The position numbers and the translations under genes are program-made. A DNA stretch of 64,000 nt from Octopus vulgaris (taxonomy: Eukaryota). The notes beneath the pieces are model-generated. The model did not search any database. It was not told the origin of the DNA and worked only from the letters and a program-made list of their open reading frames with translations. The stretch spans positions 74,214,001 to 74,278,000 of the forward strand of contig OX597827.1 of assembly GCA_951406725.2 (NCBI GenBank), given 5' to 3'. This document shows, piece by piece, positions 14,191 through 26,257 of this stretch; position 1 is the first letter of the stretch; the number at the start of each line of letters is the position of its first letter.

Positions 14191-14297
14191 TACGATTATT
14201 TCCCATTCGATTACATATTATCAGTTGGGATATCGTGTATGGTTTATCAAACATCACTTGCCTATATGGAACTGTTTCCCAGTCAGTACTTGCACAT
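14191..14297 (-). pseudogene. Intronic partial copy of the lectin exon (3' 107 bp of 16621-16727)
   Basis: Ungapped alignment, 100/107 identical; retains GT at the donor position; the upstream side runs into microsatellite-like sequence with no obvious acceptor. Confidence 0.9.
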
Positions 14298-14353
14298 ATA
14301 CACGCCCGCACGCGCCCGCACAGACACAGACACACATATAAAAAGTATACATA

Positions 14354-14392
<39 letters not shown>

Positions 14393-14423
14393 ATTACACT
14401 TTTATATACAAATGTACATATAA

Positions 14424-14787
14424 TTACCTCCGCCAAGGAAGGAGGTTATATTTTCATTGGCGTTCATTTGTCCGTCTGTCCGTCTGTGTGCAAAATAACT
14501 CAGAAAGTTTTGAACAGTATTTGATGAAACTTGCAGGAAAAGATGGTAATGAGAAGGAAAAGAAAGTAATGACACAAAGATGGTAATGATGATTAAACTT
14601 TGGTAGTGATCCGGCATTTTTTATGGATTCTTGAAGGATTTTTCATTTGTTATATTTACTTTATATAAGTATTGCAATGTTACGTTATTTGATTATCTCC
14701 AAACTTTCCAAAGTTTATTTTCTTTCTCTATTAGTTATTTTACTGGCGCATCTATCTTAAAATGAGCTGCTTGGCGGAGGTCTGCGG
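14424..14787 (+). mobile_element. Non-autonomous Helentron-type (HINE/DINE-like) element
   Basis: Sub-terminal inverted repeats ACCTCCGCCAAG (14426) and CTTGGCGGAGGT (14770), an internal GGAGGT inverted repeat and a (GTCY)n tract. Confidence 0.7.
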
Positions 14788-14789
14788 AT

Positions 14790-15245
14790 GATCACATGAC
14801 AAGCCTTGACGATTGGGATCGACTCAAAAAACTCAGGCTTTGCTCCCTCCACCGCCACTGTGAGTTCTATATCATGTGTATGATGTGGAAAATATTCCAT
14901 CCACATTGCCAATCTTTAAAATTCGTGACATCCGTCCACTACAGAAATGTTCGTGTCCTATCACAACACTATTTTACCTCAATTGGCCCTGGTCTCTTCA
15001 ACATCATGCCAGACACACATAAAGGCGGAAAGTGACTTCACGGCATTCAAACGATCCCTAGATGATTACCCTCAACAAATACCAGATAAACAACCCACAC
15101 CCAGATATGTCTCTGTAACAAATAACCTCTCTTTGAATGGGCTACGGTTCCCCAGAGCTGACCGTATCTCTACTAGGTGGTTCTATTAACTTCGACATGG
15201 CCTGAGTCAACATCGACCGAAACTTATCTAAATAATCTAATCTAT
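14790..15245 (+). mobile_element. CR1-like LINE 3' end, similar to 33180-33660
   Basis: DDWDRLKKLRLCSL...MWKIF...FTSIGPGLFNIMP parallels the copy near 33200-33450. Confidence 0.7.
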
Positions 15246-16623
15246 GCTGTAACATTTTAATCAAAGGGTAGAGGCTGATATCTTAACATTTCTGATGATC
15301 TTAAGTATAAAACAAAATTATTAAATATTTATATAGAACTACATTCAGAGTATGTCTATAAGCTATTGTGTTTAGACCTGGTTTCTATCCGCAAACTGTT
15401 CCGTTTTGTAGATGCAATTAAAAAATTTTTTTATAATAAAGCATTCCGAAATTAGAAAAATCAAACATCTGCAACAATCTCGGTCCCATGAGTATCGGAT
15501 AATGGAATTTCCACTGTGTAAAGAAACTGATTGTGATGATCGAAGTTTTGACGGTGATTGTGGTGAAAGCAGAGACAGTGTTGATGATGACGATGATCGA
15601 GATAAATATCGGAGGAGGATAAAATAGTATCGGTGTTTATAATGGCGACAGGAGCGGTGTTATGTGTGACGCTGAGATGATGGTGGTAATAGTGGTGTTG
15701 ATGATAGTGTTAGTTGCGTAATGGTGGTATTGTAGTAGTTATACTGGTTGTGGTGGTGAAATTGACTGTCAAGGTAATCGTCATGATAACGTTGATGGCG
15801 GTGTATGCGGTTGAAGTGGAAGCAATGACAATGCTGTTGTTGATGTTGGTGATAGAGGTAGGATAGTTGTTGTGGTGATTGTGATATGGTGGTAGTGGTG
15901 GTCGTCGTCGTCAACGTTGACGTCGTAGTGCTGCTCCTGCTGGTTTGGCGAAGATCTGCTCTCTCCGAGTGCTTTTCTAGTTATGCATGTGTATGTGCGC
16001 GTGTGCACCTGTGTGCATACACATGTAGTTATACACAAATGCATGAACATTTCTTTTTATATATGAATACATTATATTCAACTCTGTCTGCTATAATACT
16101 GTATTACAAACAATCGGTTTAATGATGGCGCGACCATAAAAATAGATACGAAAGCCACCAAAACCCTTACACTCTAAAGTGAAGTATTGCACTAGCAATT
16201 AAAGGAGTTACAGACTGAAAGGAAATTTTGTTGGCGAGGTCATAGCCGCCATATTATTAAAACAATACAACGTTTTCATCAATCACATGTTGGTCCCTTC
16301 TGATGTTCACAGTAAAGAGAAAACAAAACTCATTTCCATTATCAAAAACAAATCAAATTTCATCAACAATAATAATATTCTTTTAACTTGCTATATAATA
16401 TTTATATACACTGTGTCAACATAAATAAACAAATGTATTGTGAGCCAACGAAGATTCTTTTAATCGGCCACTGGAATCGTTAGAACTAGCAAACAAACTT
16501 TCTGTCAAAACGCACGATACTGTCATGGAGAGTCACGGCTGGAACACTTTCGAAAATAATCCTGCTGAATCAAGATAAACTGAGACGAACCGACAACATT
16601 AATAACTTTTTAACAATACTTAC

Positions 16624-16884
16624 GATTATTTCCCATTCGATTATATATTCTCAGTTGGTATATCGTGTATGGTTTATCAAACATCACTTGCCAATATGGA
16701 TCTTTTCCCCAGTCAGTACTTGCACATGATTTATGCGTGAATCCAGGATCAAAATTTCCGTCAACTGCTTTGTCGGATGCCATCGATATATTCATTTTTT
16801 CACAAGTTCCATTATGGAAGACTGTAGTTCCTTTTATTCCATATATACTTGTTTGATTTGTAGTTTGACCTCGAGCAATATTAA
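16624..16884 (-). CDS. Host gene exon: N-terminal part of an F-type lectin (fucolectin/F5/8C) domain
   Basis: ttccAG acceptor, GTAAG donor; 261 nt, phase 1-1; NIARGQTTNQTS...ASDKAVDGNFDPGFTHKSCASTDWGKDPYWQVMFDKPYTIYQLRIYNRMGNN. Confidence 0.9.
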
Positions 16885-17579
16885 CTGGAAAATATAAAAG
16901 TCAGAATTAATAAAGTGTAAAAAGATTTTAGTATAATGTATCTTGAAAGTATAACTTATGAAACAGTCACACATTTATGTAAACCACATTTTTTGTACAT
17001 AATAACATAAATGCAGTGTATACCTTGTAAGACGTTTATTTATGTATCACCCTTATTTACCGAATGGGAAATGACTGTTTTAATGCAAAAACTTAACAAT
17101 TCTAAAGAAAATATACGTAAAACATCTGGTAAGGATATTGACAAAGGTAGTGTATTCCTATAGCTTGAGGCTGCGAACTGGCAGAATCGCTACCACACTT
17201 CTTTCACTATTACGTTCTGAGTTCAAATGGCGCCGGGTTCGTCTTTACGTTTCGGAGTCCATAAAATAAGTACCAGCTGAATATTGGAGTCTATGTAATC
17301 AACTATCCCCCTTCTCCGAACCTGCTGACCTCGTGCAAAAAAAAAAAAAAGAAACCGATACTCTTTCATCTTGAAGAATTTTCTTCAATTCTACATCTGG
17401 CTGAATTTTTAGCGCAGACTTATTTTACATTGGATTCTAAAACACATTTCTATATTTGCTGTAGAAAATATTGTTTGGAGAAATCGAGATGAATATACAA
17501 TTATGATGTACAATTTGCTCTCCTCAAAATAACTGATTAATGAAGATTTTAAATTGAATATTATTAGATTAAATTTATA

Positions 17580-19310
17580 CAGTCATACCTCGCATTTCTA
17601 GTTTAATTCGTTCCATGGCCGAGCTCGTGTTTCGATTTACTCGTTTTACAAATCAATTTTCCCCAATTTTGAAATTAATTAAAATATAATTAATCCGCTC
17701 CAGCCCCTCTCTCAAATCACGCCAAAATATCTTTTATGGGTTTTAAAACTGAAAAGGTGAAGTTACATGGGAAATGACAATTGTAAAAACATGATAAAAG
17801 AGAAGGCAAAAGAAATATGTAAACTGATTTTATTAATTCAGTTACTTTAATGATAGGACGCTGTGTGCGCGAGGAAGACGATAGACCAGAGGAGGATTAT
17901 TGTTTGGAAGGAGAATTTCCTTCCATTGAGATTTGAGGGGTGTTTTCTGCCTCACTTCGCTTAATTTAGGTCTTTTGGACACTTTCTTTACGTTTCACAC
18001 TTGGAGGTCGTTTCTTTAGAAACATATCAAGAGAAGTCTGCTTTTTCCTGCATTTCAAAATGTTAAGAAAATGTGCCAGACCAGTATCATTAGATAAAGC
18101 AGCTGCACGGCTTGTATATGCTTATTCAGGCTGAGATTTTACTACAGATTCAGAAACATACTGCTACTTGCCAACACAGCCTTGAAGTCACCCGCAGAGA
18201 TAACCATTTCTGCAACACACTCCTACTCCGGGAACCAAATTCTTACACCACATCCGAATGCTGTTGTTCATGAAGCTGAGGGAGTTCATCTGTTGTCAGC
18301 TTCTCTGAGTGTTCCTTGATGAGATCGTTAATGTCCTCATCATCTACCTCGTGGCCCATGGACTTGTCAAGAGACACTATCTCCTCGACTACAGATGTCT
18401 CAGACTCAAACCCTTTGAAATCTCTTTCGGATACACAGTCAGTTCACAGTTTCTTCTTTGTAGAATTCAGTGTTCTCCTCGTTACAATCTGCCAGACCAT
18501 ATCGATGATTTTCAGGCAGTAATCAATGTTGTTGTGCTCCTTCCAAAACTCATGAATGGTTAGATATGTATTTTCGGTGACTTCAAAGTACCGACGAAAC
18601 CGGTGTTTGGTGTACTATTTCCTACAATTAGAAATCACCTGTTAGTCTATGGGCGGCAAATTAGGGATGGTGTTGCGTGAAATGTACATAACTCATAAAT
18701 TCAGATTTGTCCAGGATATCATCTTTGAAGTTAAGAGGGTGAGCAGGAGCATTGCCGAAGATGAGGAGGGCCTTGTGAGGAAGGTCGTTCTCCAGAGAGT
18801 ACGTTTTCACTGCTGCTCCGAAGATAAGGTTCACATACTGGGTGAAGAATTCCCTGGTGGCCCAGGCTTTAATGTTCAACGTCAACATGACCTGCAGCTT
18901 CTCCTTTAGAATTTTGTGCGACTTGTACGTTTGTGGGTTTTCGGAATGGTAGAAAATGAGCGGCTTAATCTTCAAGTCTCCACTTGCATTGTCACAAATG
19001 GCAAGAGTTGGACTGTCATCGGCTTGTGGCGTGGCAGTTCTTTCTCCTTTGCAGTTATGTAGTTTCTTCTAGGTATTTCCTTCCAAAAAAGGCCAGTTTC
19101 ATCACAGCTGAATACCTTTTGTGCGATGTACCCCTCGGCTACGATGAGCTGACTGAATTCATGCACAAAATCCTCAGTTGCCTTCGTGTCAGAGCTCGCT
19201 GCTTTTCCATACCTGACAACGATTTGAACACCAGACCTCTTCTTGAAATTATCGACAGCTGCGACCGGCCTTAAATATTTCTGCTGATGTCTCCTCCGTC
19301 GATGTACTTT
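17580..19310 (-). mobile_element. Tigger/pogo-like DNA transposon, decayed
   Basis: TA-CAGTCATACCTCG terminus; VFSCDETGLFWK, KPLIFYHSENP, KAW, GNAPAHP. Confidence 0.85.
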
Positions 19311-20477
19311 ATAATTTCGCCCTCAATTAGACGTATGAGAAGAACCTTACCATTACGATACCGCAATATACTAAAGCATTGATACAGTCATAGGAATCTA
19401 ACAAAATAGAAAGACTGACATACAGAAATAAGCAATGTAATATATTTTGCAAGGTGGTGAGCCGACTGAGCGGTTAGCACTCCGGTCAAAATGCTTAGCG
19501 ATATTTCACCCAACTAATGTTTGGGGTTCAAATACCGCCGAGGTAGATAGTGCACCCTCCCCCAAAATTGCTGGCTTTGTACCAAAATTTGAAACCAGTG
19601 TATTCTGTACGCACGAGAAAAACATATCTCCGATTTGTTAGCAAAAGTTATGTAATTTACTGTATATACTTTAGAATATATTACTGGTACCTATTGTATC
19701 GATACTCACTGAAAGGATGGAAATCAAGGTTAGTTCGGTCGAGGGGTGGAGATGAACTTGGAATGTAAAACGACATAAATAAATACTGGTCCACTGTGTC
19801 AATCATTTAAACCATGTTTATTATTTATCTTTTCCAAGATTCATCCTCACATCGGATGCAATGGGCTTTCCTACATTATACTTTAATACACACACACACA
19901 CAACACACACACACACACACACACACATACACACACACACACACACAAGAAATTGTGAAGCCCAATTCCACCAGCATTCATAGATTTTCCAAGTAACATA
20001 AATTAAAAAACTAAACACCGCAGTTTAAGAGAACACTCTCCAATGTAACTGTGCTCGTGCTGCGTAAAGTCCTGAGCCTAATTGTGTCTTTGTTAAATCA
20101 TTTAGCCCAGGATATATTATAATACAAAGAAGAGGATACTAACTGCTTATTGCTCCGAAGTTTTTATATTATATTTAAGCACATCTACTAACGTTATGTG
20201 GTCAGCAGTAAATATTAATATCTGGTTTAAAATCTGAATACTAAGGAGATGAACGGTATAGACACGTTTTCCCAGGCTACTCGCCAACAACTATACAAAA
20301 AAGCCATAAGCATCTGTATTATTCTGAATCTCTGAACTCTCCAATTTTTATTGGCTATTTGTACCATAACTACACAATATCCTACCGACAGATATTCCTA
20401 AATACACAATATTCCTATAAACGAATACACACAAGTTTATAGAATATTTTAACCACACACTTATCAATATTCTTTTC

Positions 20478-21060
20478 TATTGTTGGCACAAGGCCCTAAA
20501 TTTTTGTGGAGGAGACCAGTCGATTACATCGACTCCAGTACGAAACTGGTACTTAATTTATCGACCCCCGAAAGGATGAAAGGCAAAGTCGACCTCTTCG
20601 GAATTTGAACTCGGAACGTAACGGCAGACGAAATACCTATTTCTTTACTGCCCACAAGGGGTTAAACACAGAGGGGAAAATAAGGACAGACAAACGGATT
20701 AGGTCGATTACATCGACCCTGGGGGCGTAACTGGTACTTAATTTATTGACCCCGAAAGGATGAAAGGCAAAGTCGACCTCGGCGGAATTTGAACTCAGAA
20801 CGTAACGGCAGACGAAATACGGCTACGCTTTACAAATTTCTCAATATTCTTTTCGGCTCAAGACACGAGGCCCAAATTTTTTGGTGGGAGGGGTAGTCGA
20901 TTAGATCGATCGAGTATGCAACTGGTACTAAATTTATCTACCCCAAAGGATGAAAGGCAAAGTCGACCTTGGCGGAATTTGAACTCAGAACGTAAAGACA
21001 GATGAAATACCGCTGAGCATTTCGCCCTGTGTGCTAACGTTTCTTCCAGCTCGCCGCCTT
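20478..21060 (-). mobile_element. Cluster of three SINE copies (second family, Nin-domain-like core)
   Basis: Repeated GTCGACTTTGCCTTTCATCC..GGGGTCGATAAATTAAGTACCAG on the minus strand; 14-bp direct repeat TCAATATTCTTTTC at 20464 and 20841. Confidence 0.85.
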
Positions 21061-21573
21061 CAGATTACTCAATATTGTAACGTCCACGAATATCCTTGTC
21101 TATTTCCGTACAATACTACACATAATAAATTCTTGGGTGATTTTATTTACTATTGTTACCTTTTATACCTATACCTATATTTCATATTTAAGCACAAACT
21201 ACTTAGCATCAACATTTTTCTATTTTGGCATGAATAAGATCCGAACAGATGAAGAGCCACACAGATGAATAATGAGAAGCACTCCAAAAACAACAACAAT
21301 AGAAAAGCAAAGAAGCGCTACAATGCCAACACAACCCGTTCACAATAATCGCCGCTGGTCTGACCATACAAGGCCTTCGACTCCTCAATATGCCGCCGAT
21401 ACCTCGTCCGTCCGCATGTGAGCGACCTCGGCTTCGCTGTCCTTGGTGCACACCACATTGCGCTCCGGCAACCACCGAGCTCGAGATGTTGGCGTAACTG
21501 TGGCCTCCTAGTCCAACACCACTGTCTTTGTCGGGACTGAGCTTCAACTCTCTTCCGGGCAGACGACGTTGTC

Positions 21574-21634
21574 ATCGCGTTTCCTGCCGCAATCGCGTTT
21601 CCTGCCGCAATCGCGTTTCCTGCCGCAATCGCGT
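21574..21634. repeat. 18-bp minisatellite (ATCGCGTTTCCTGCCGCA) x3
   Basis: Direct reading, within a GC-rich block of unknown origin (about 21076-21750). Confidence 0.85.
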
Positions 21635-22949
21635 GACCCCCTCCATCTGCCGGCAAACTACGGAAGCTCGCTGTCTGTTGCTGCTCCGTTGGTAGATGTC
21701 ATCCCAGGAACGTCATTGCACGTTCTCGTGCCTTGCGCGACCAATCGTCAGTAATTTTCTTTTTTCTTTTAGCAATTTAAGGAAATAAACATTCGCATTA
21801 ACGTATTAATCATTCTTTCTGAGCTTGAAAGCAACAATAGCTCACGTTTAAATCTCAATACTCAAACAGTTGTTCCTCTTTTTGAATAACCACCAAGGGA
21901 AGGAGACAAGTACAAAACAAACTGAAATAGCTTTCTACTTCACATTGGGTAAACTCACTCAAATCTTTCCACCTAGCCAAGATGACAAGCAACAACTACA
22001 ACAATCCAAACGACAGCTGTACCAAGTACAACAGCAATTCCTGCCACAAATAACTCAGCATGATGCTAAATAAATCATATATCAAGACTTAACACCATCA
22101 TCAGCATCGTCATTATCACCAACACTGTCATTATCTTCCATGCCTCTTCATCTACTACTACTACAACTAGCAGTAACCACCCTCAGCTACTCCTGCTTTC
22201 TCTTTTTCCCACCACCACTACATCCCAACATTTATCAATACTACCAAACACACATACCACCACAACCACCACTACTACTATCTCGACTCTGACGAAACTC
22301 AACAACTCCATTTCCCTCTTCAATGTCAGTTTTCCCCCAACGTCAAACCTTTACTAAACCCAATTTTATTTAGTCCACTGCCTCTCTTTCCACACATTTA
22401 AGTCGAAATCCAAAAATATGACGCTATTCTTTACGATGACTGCAATTTCAACCACCAGCCTGGAGCAAGATGCTTGATTTACAGACACACCAAAACAACA
22501 GACGCACCAAAACCCAAATGAAATGATTCCCCTAAAATCTGCTGCTGTCCCCAATGCGAGATATTATATCTACAGCACTATTGTACGCTCACACATCTTC
22601 CAGGAATCGAAGTACAATCTCCTAGCCAACATCAGAAGCTTCATAAAAACATATTCAGCCGCAGCTCTACCGTCACGTGATTTCCCCACTAATAAGGAAA
22701 TAACGAAGCATCCAACAGAAACAAGAATAAAATCAACAGACCCAGCACAAACCTTGTCAACAACTCAGTAAACTGGAGATCATCCTATAGCAACAAAAAC
22801 AAAACAAACAAACGACAAAACCGCCAATGTAACCACAGCTTTATCCACCAAATATTCCTTAACCAGACAAATTATTCTTTCTTATCCACCCGAAAGCTAG
22901 CAAAAAAGATTCAGATAAATGTTTTCACTGTCACACATTGTCGTTGTTA

Positions 22950-25025
22950 TTACCCTCGACACAATATCTGCTCTTTTCGCTGATATTAAAACATAAGTCA
23001 CTTTCGAGACCCTTGAAAAAGTCTAATCAAGCCACTACTCTAATCTCAGAATTTCTGCTGAATGCACAAGCCATCAGTTCATCCTTCAATGCGAAGGGAT
23101 AAAAGATTTAACACTGGGTTACCGACCAGTGAGGAATATCACTGTGACCCGTGCAGATCGCAACGGCAGAAGAAAGAGAGGATTTGCCGTTTTACTACAA
23201 GACTCATTCACTGCAATTACAAATGTTTCATGCACCAATGTTTACTGTGTATCATTACTTCCGTATAACAAAACCAATGATTTTCTTATAATTGTTCTCT
23301 ACAGGCCATCACAATCGCCTTTACTATTCTTCAAAGAATGTCTTAACAATGTTAATCCTTTATTCAACTGTGTCAGTCTGGTATCTTTTTAATGGTAGGT
23401 GATTTCAATTTCCCCTGCGTTGTCTAGTCTATTTATAACTTGAAAGCAGGTATCTGCAATTCAGTCCAAGACAACGCATCAGTGGAGTCACTTTATTGAC
23501 TAATTTTTCCTTTTCCAACTCATGCTAGAGCCAACGAGCTTAGCAAAAACCTATTGGACTTAATGTTTAGTAACCACACTGACACTGTCTGTAATATTGC
23601 AGAGGAAAAAGACTCTTCTTTCCGACCATAACAAGATTCTCTGAAATGTGGGAATCCGTCAGCCAAATCTGATTTCTCACCACAACACTCTTTGACCGCA
23701 TGGATCTTCACAATGGAATGCAATCACTCAGGATCTTTCATTCACTGACTCATCTTTCGTTTATTCTCTCGCCCCAAATAGCATCAATACATCCTGGAAG
23801 CTATTTGAGGACACTGTCGCAAATACATATTGACGATACTCTCCATAACAGCCCATGAACCAAACTAATTATAAGCAAAAAATATATAAAAACCCTAATA
23901 AAGAAACTAAAAAGGATGAGTCAAAAATCGAGCGACTAAAGTATTGGCATCAGCGACAGGCGTACTTGACTGATAGAGTTTTTCTGGAATCAAGTAATGC
24001 AATCTAATATAAATCGATTCAATCCCAAAGTTTTCTACTCCTTTGCCAAAAAGAAAATGGTCGCTGTAGCATTCGCTGAACCTTTGATTGATGAGGACAA
24101 CATTCTCTTAAGTAAGCGAGAAGCCATGGGTGAGATTCTGCAGAAGCAATACTGCTCTGCTTTCAGCAATGCAAGTATGGTTAATCTGGACAGCATCTGT
24201 GAAGCAAACCTCCTGCACACTCTATCCATTATATCTCTTGACGTCCTGCATATCAGAGCACTTAGAAGCAAAATTAAAAGCAACTGAGGTGTGAGTCCCG
24301 ATAGCTTTCCCACTAGAGTTCTGGGGGGGATGATGACATGAATTTGTATTGTCTCTAACTATTCTCTGAATAAAATCACTAGACGTTGGTTATTTTGCTG
24401 AAAATCGATTGTCCCAGTTTTCAAAATGGTAAAAAAATTACCCCCACCGAATTACCAGTCTTACTTCATTATCAAATTATTTGAGAGAGGGGTGAGGTCT
24501 CGAGTAAGTCACTTCCCTTACGTTTGTCGACTTATTTCCATACAATATGTTTTTACAACCAGCAGCGACTTCTTAAGACAGTGCTTGCATCATTTTGACC
24601 ACACCCTAAAGGTCCCGAGGGTTCCATTGCAGATGCCATTTATCCTTGCCTTCAGCGAGGCTTTCGATAAAGTTGATGGCATTATACTGTCAAAGTAACT
24701 ATCCAACACAGAAATCAGAGGGAAATTTTAGAAGTGTTTCCTGATGAACAGACCCAGCATGTGGTGTTCAATGATGTTCGATGAAGCTCAGCACTTGTCA
24801 TTATTGGAATTCCTCAAGGCCCTGTATTGGATCCATTTCTCTGTGTCATTTACTTTTGTGGCACCACTGACGTTATCAAACTCAGCAACATAAAAACTTT
24901 CGCGTATGACTCAAAGATTTTGAAGGTCATCGACAGTGTAGGAGACCAAACAAACATCCAGTTGGATGTGCTCGCTGTTATCCAATGGGTGAAAAAAACA
25001 CAATATGCAACTAAGCGATGATAAA
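22950..25025 (+). mobile_element. CR1/L2-like LINE, 5' part (APE endonuclease plus RT), decayed
   Basis: IVLYRP, VGDFNFP, LDLMFSN, FSEAFDKVD, GIPQGPVLDP, FAYDSK; breaks off at NMQLSDDK. Confidence 0.8.
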
Positions 25026-25447
25026 GCTTATAATAATTCTGCTTGTCATTAGGGTACTTAGCCCATCATTAATGCTTTCACGTGATTAGAGAAAAGGAGG
25101 ACTAAAAGGGGAGAGAGAGAAAAGGAAGGCGAGAGAAACCTCCATGATATGAGATTGGGGGAACATAATTGTAAAGCTTTCACTTGATTAGTTGAAGGGA
25201 ATTAGAGAACAAGAGGAAGAAATCGGAGAGAGAAAAGGAGGATAAGGTGAGGAGTGAGGCATGAAGAGGGAGAAATAAAAGAGGGAGAGAGAAAAGACAG
25301 AGAGCGAAGCGTCCATGACATGTGGTGAGGGGAACGTAATATTTATTACGTGGTTAAAAAAGTTAGTTGAAGGTAGTTATATAGAGGAGAGTTAGGAATA
25401 AAATTTTAGCGGAGTGATGTTCTGGTAGTGAGATTAAGGAAAGGCAG

Positions 25448-25509
<62 letters not shown>

Positions 25510-25665
25510 GTGAGTGAGTGAGTGAGTGAGTGAGTGAGTGGGTGAGAAAGGGACAGACAGAGAGAGATGATGGTGGTGGTGGTGGTGGTGGTGGTGGTGA
25601 TGTTGGGTGCATAGTGGAAAGTACTTTTTTTATAATTGAACTAAGTTTTTTATATCACCTATAAC

Positions 25666-25940
25666 TTGACGCATGCGCATCCTAATCTTGCCATTCACCT
25701 TAGAAAGAAACCAGTTTCTGTTCGCCTGTCATATGCAATGGTTATCAATAAATCACAAGGGCAGACACTTTTGATAAAATGGGGTTGTTCTTGCCTAAAC
25801 TTGCATTCGGTCACGGTCAGGTATATGTTGCATTCGGAATGGCTCTCAGATTATCTGATGTTAAAGTTATCAACACTGACAAAGGAAAAGAAACGGGAAA
25901 ACTTACACGAAGGACATATTCTGCAAAGAAATATTGGATT
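25666..25940 (+). mobile_element. Decayed Helitron-type helicase C-terminal fragment, inside an older insertion spanning about 25026-32837
   Basis: VRLSYAMVINKSQGQTL, then a frameshift to FGHGQVYVAF. Confidence 0.75.
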
Positions 25941-26257
25941 GAAAAGTGTGCGCAAATTGAAATGTGTATTGGCTCCGACCCATCGACCTGCCGTATAATT
26001 TACCAACGATATGGTTTTCAGAGTGTGCCATACTGCATTAAATGTTTACCACCGTGAAAATGTGGGCCCAATATTTTATATATAAAATAATTTTTTTTAA
26101 TATAAAATGTTTGCTTTCTAGATATGAAATTGTGACCATGTAAAATTTAAAATGTAAAACTTTCCCCGTTTTGGAGATAAATGCAAAAATAAGAGTAAAT
26201 ATTTATTTTATGGGTGTTGTGTATTAAGTCTATAGAATTGTGCATAAAGTATATAAA

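Noticed and set aside
14191-16727. Diversity-generating retroelement TR/VR pair
   Set aside because: Only 4 of 7 differences are at adenines, and the nearby RTs are ordinary decayed LINE or Penelope types.
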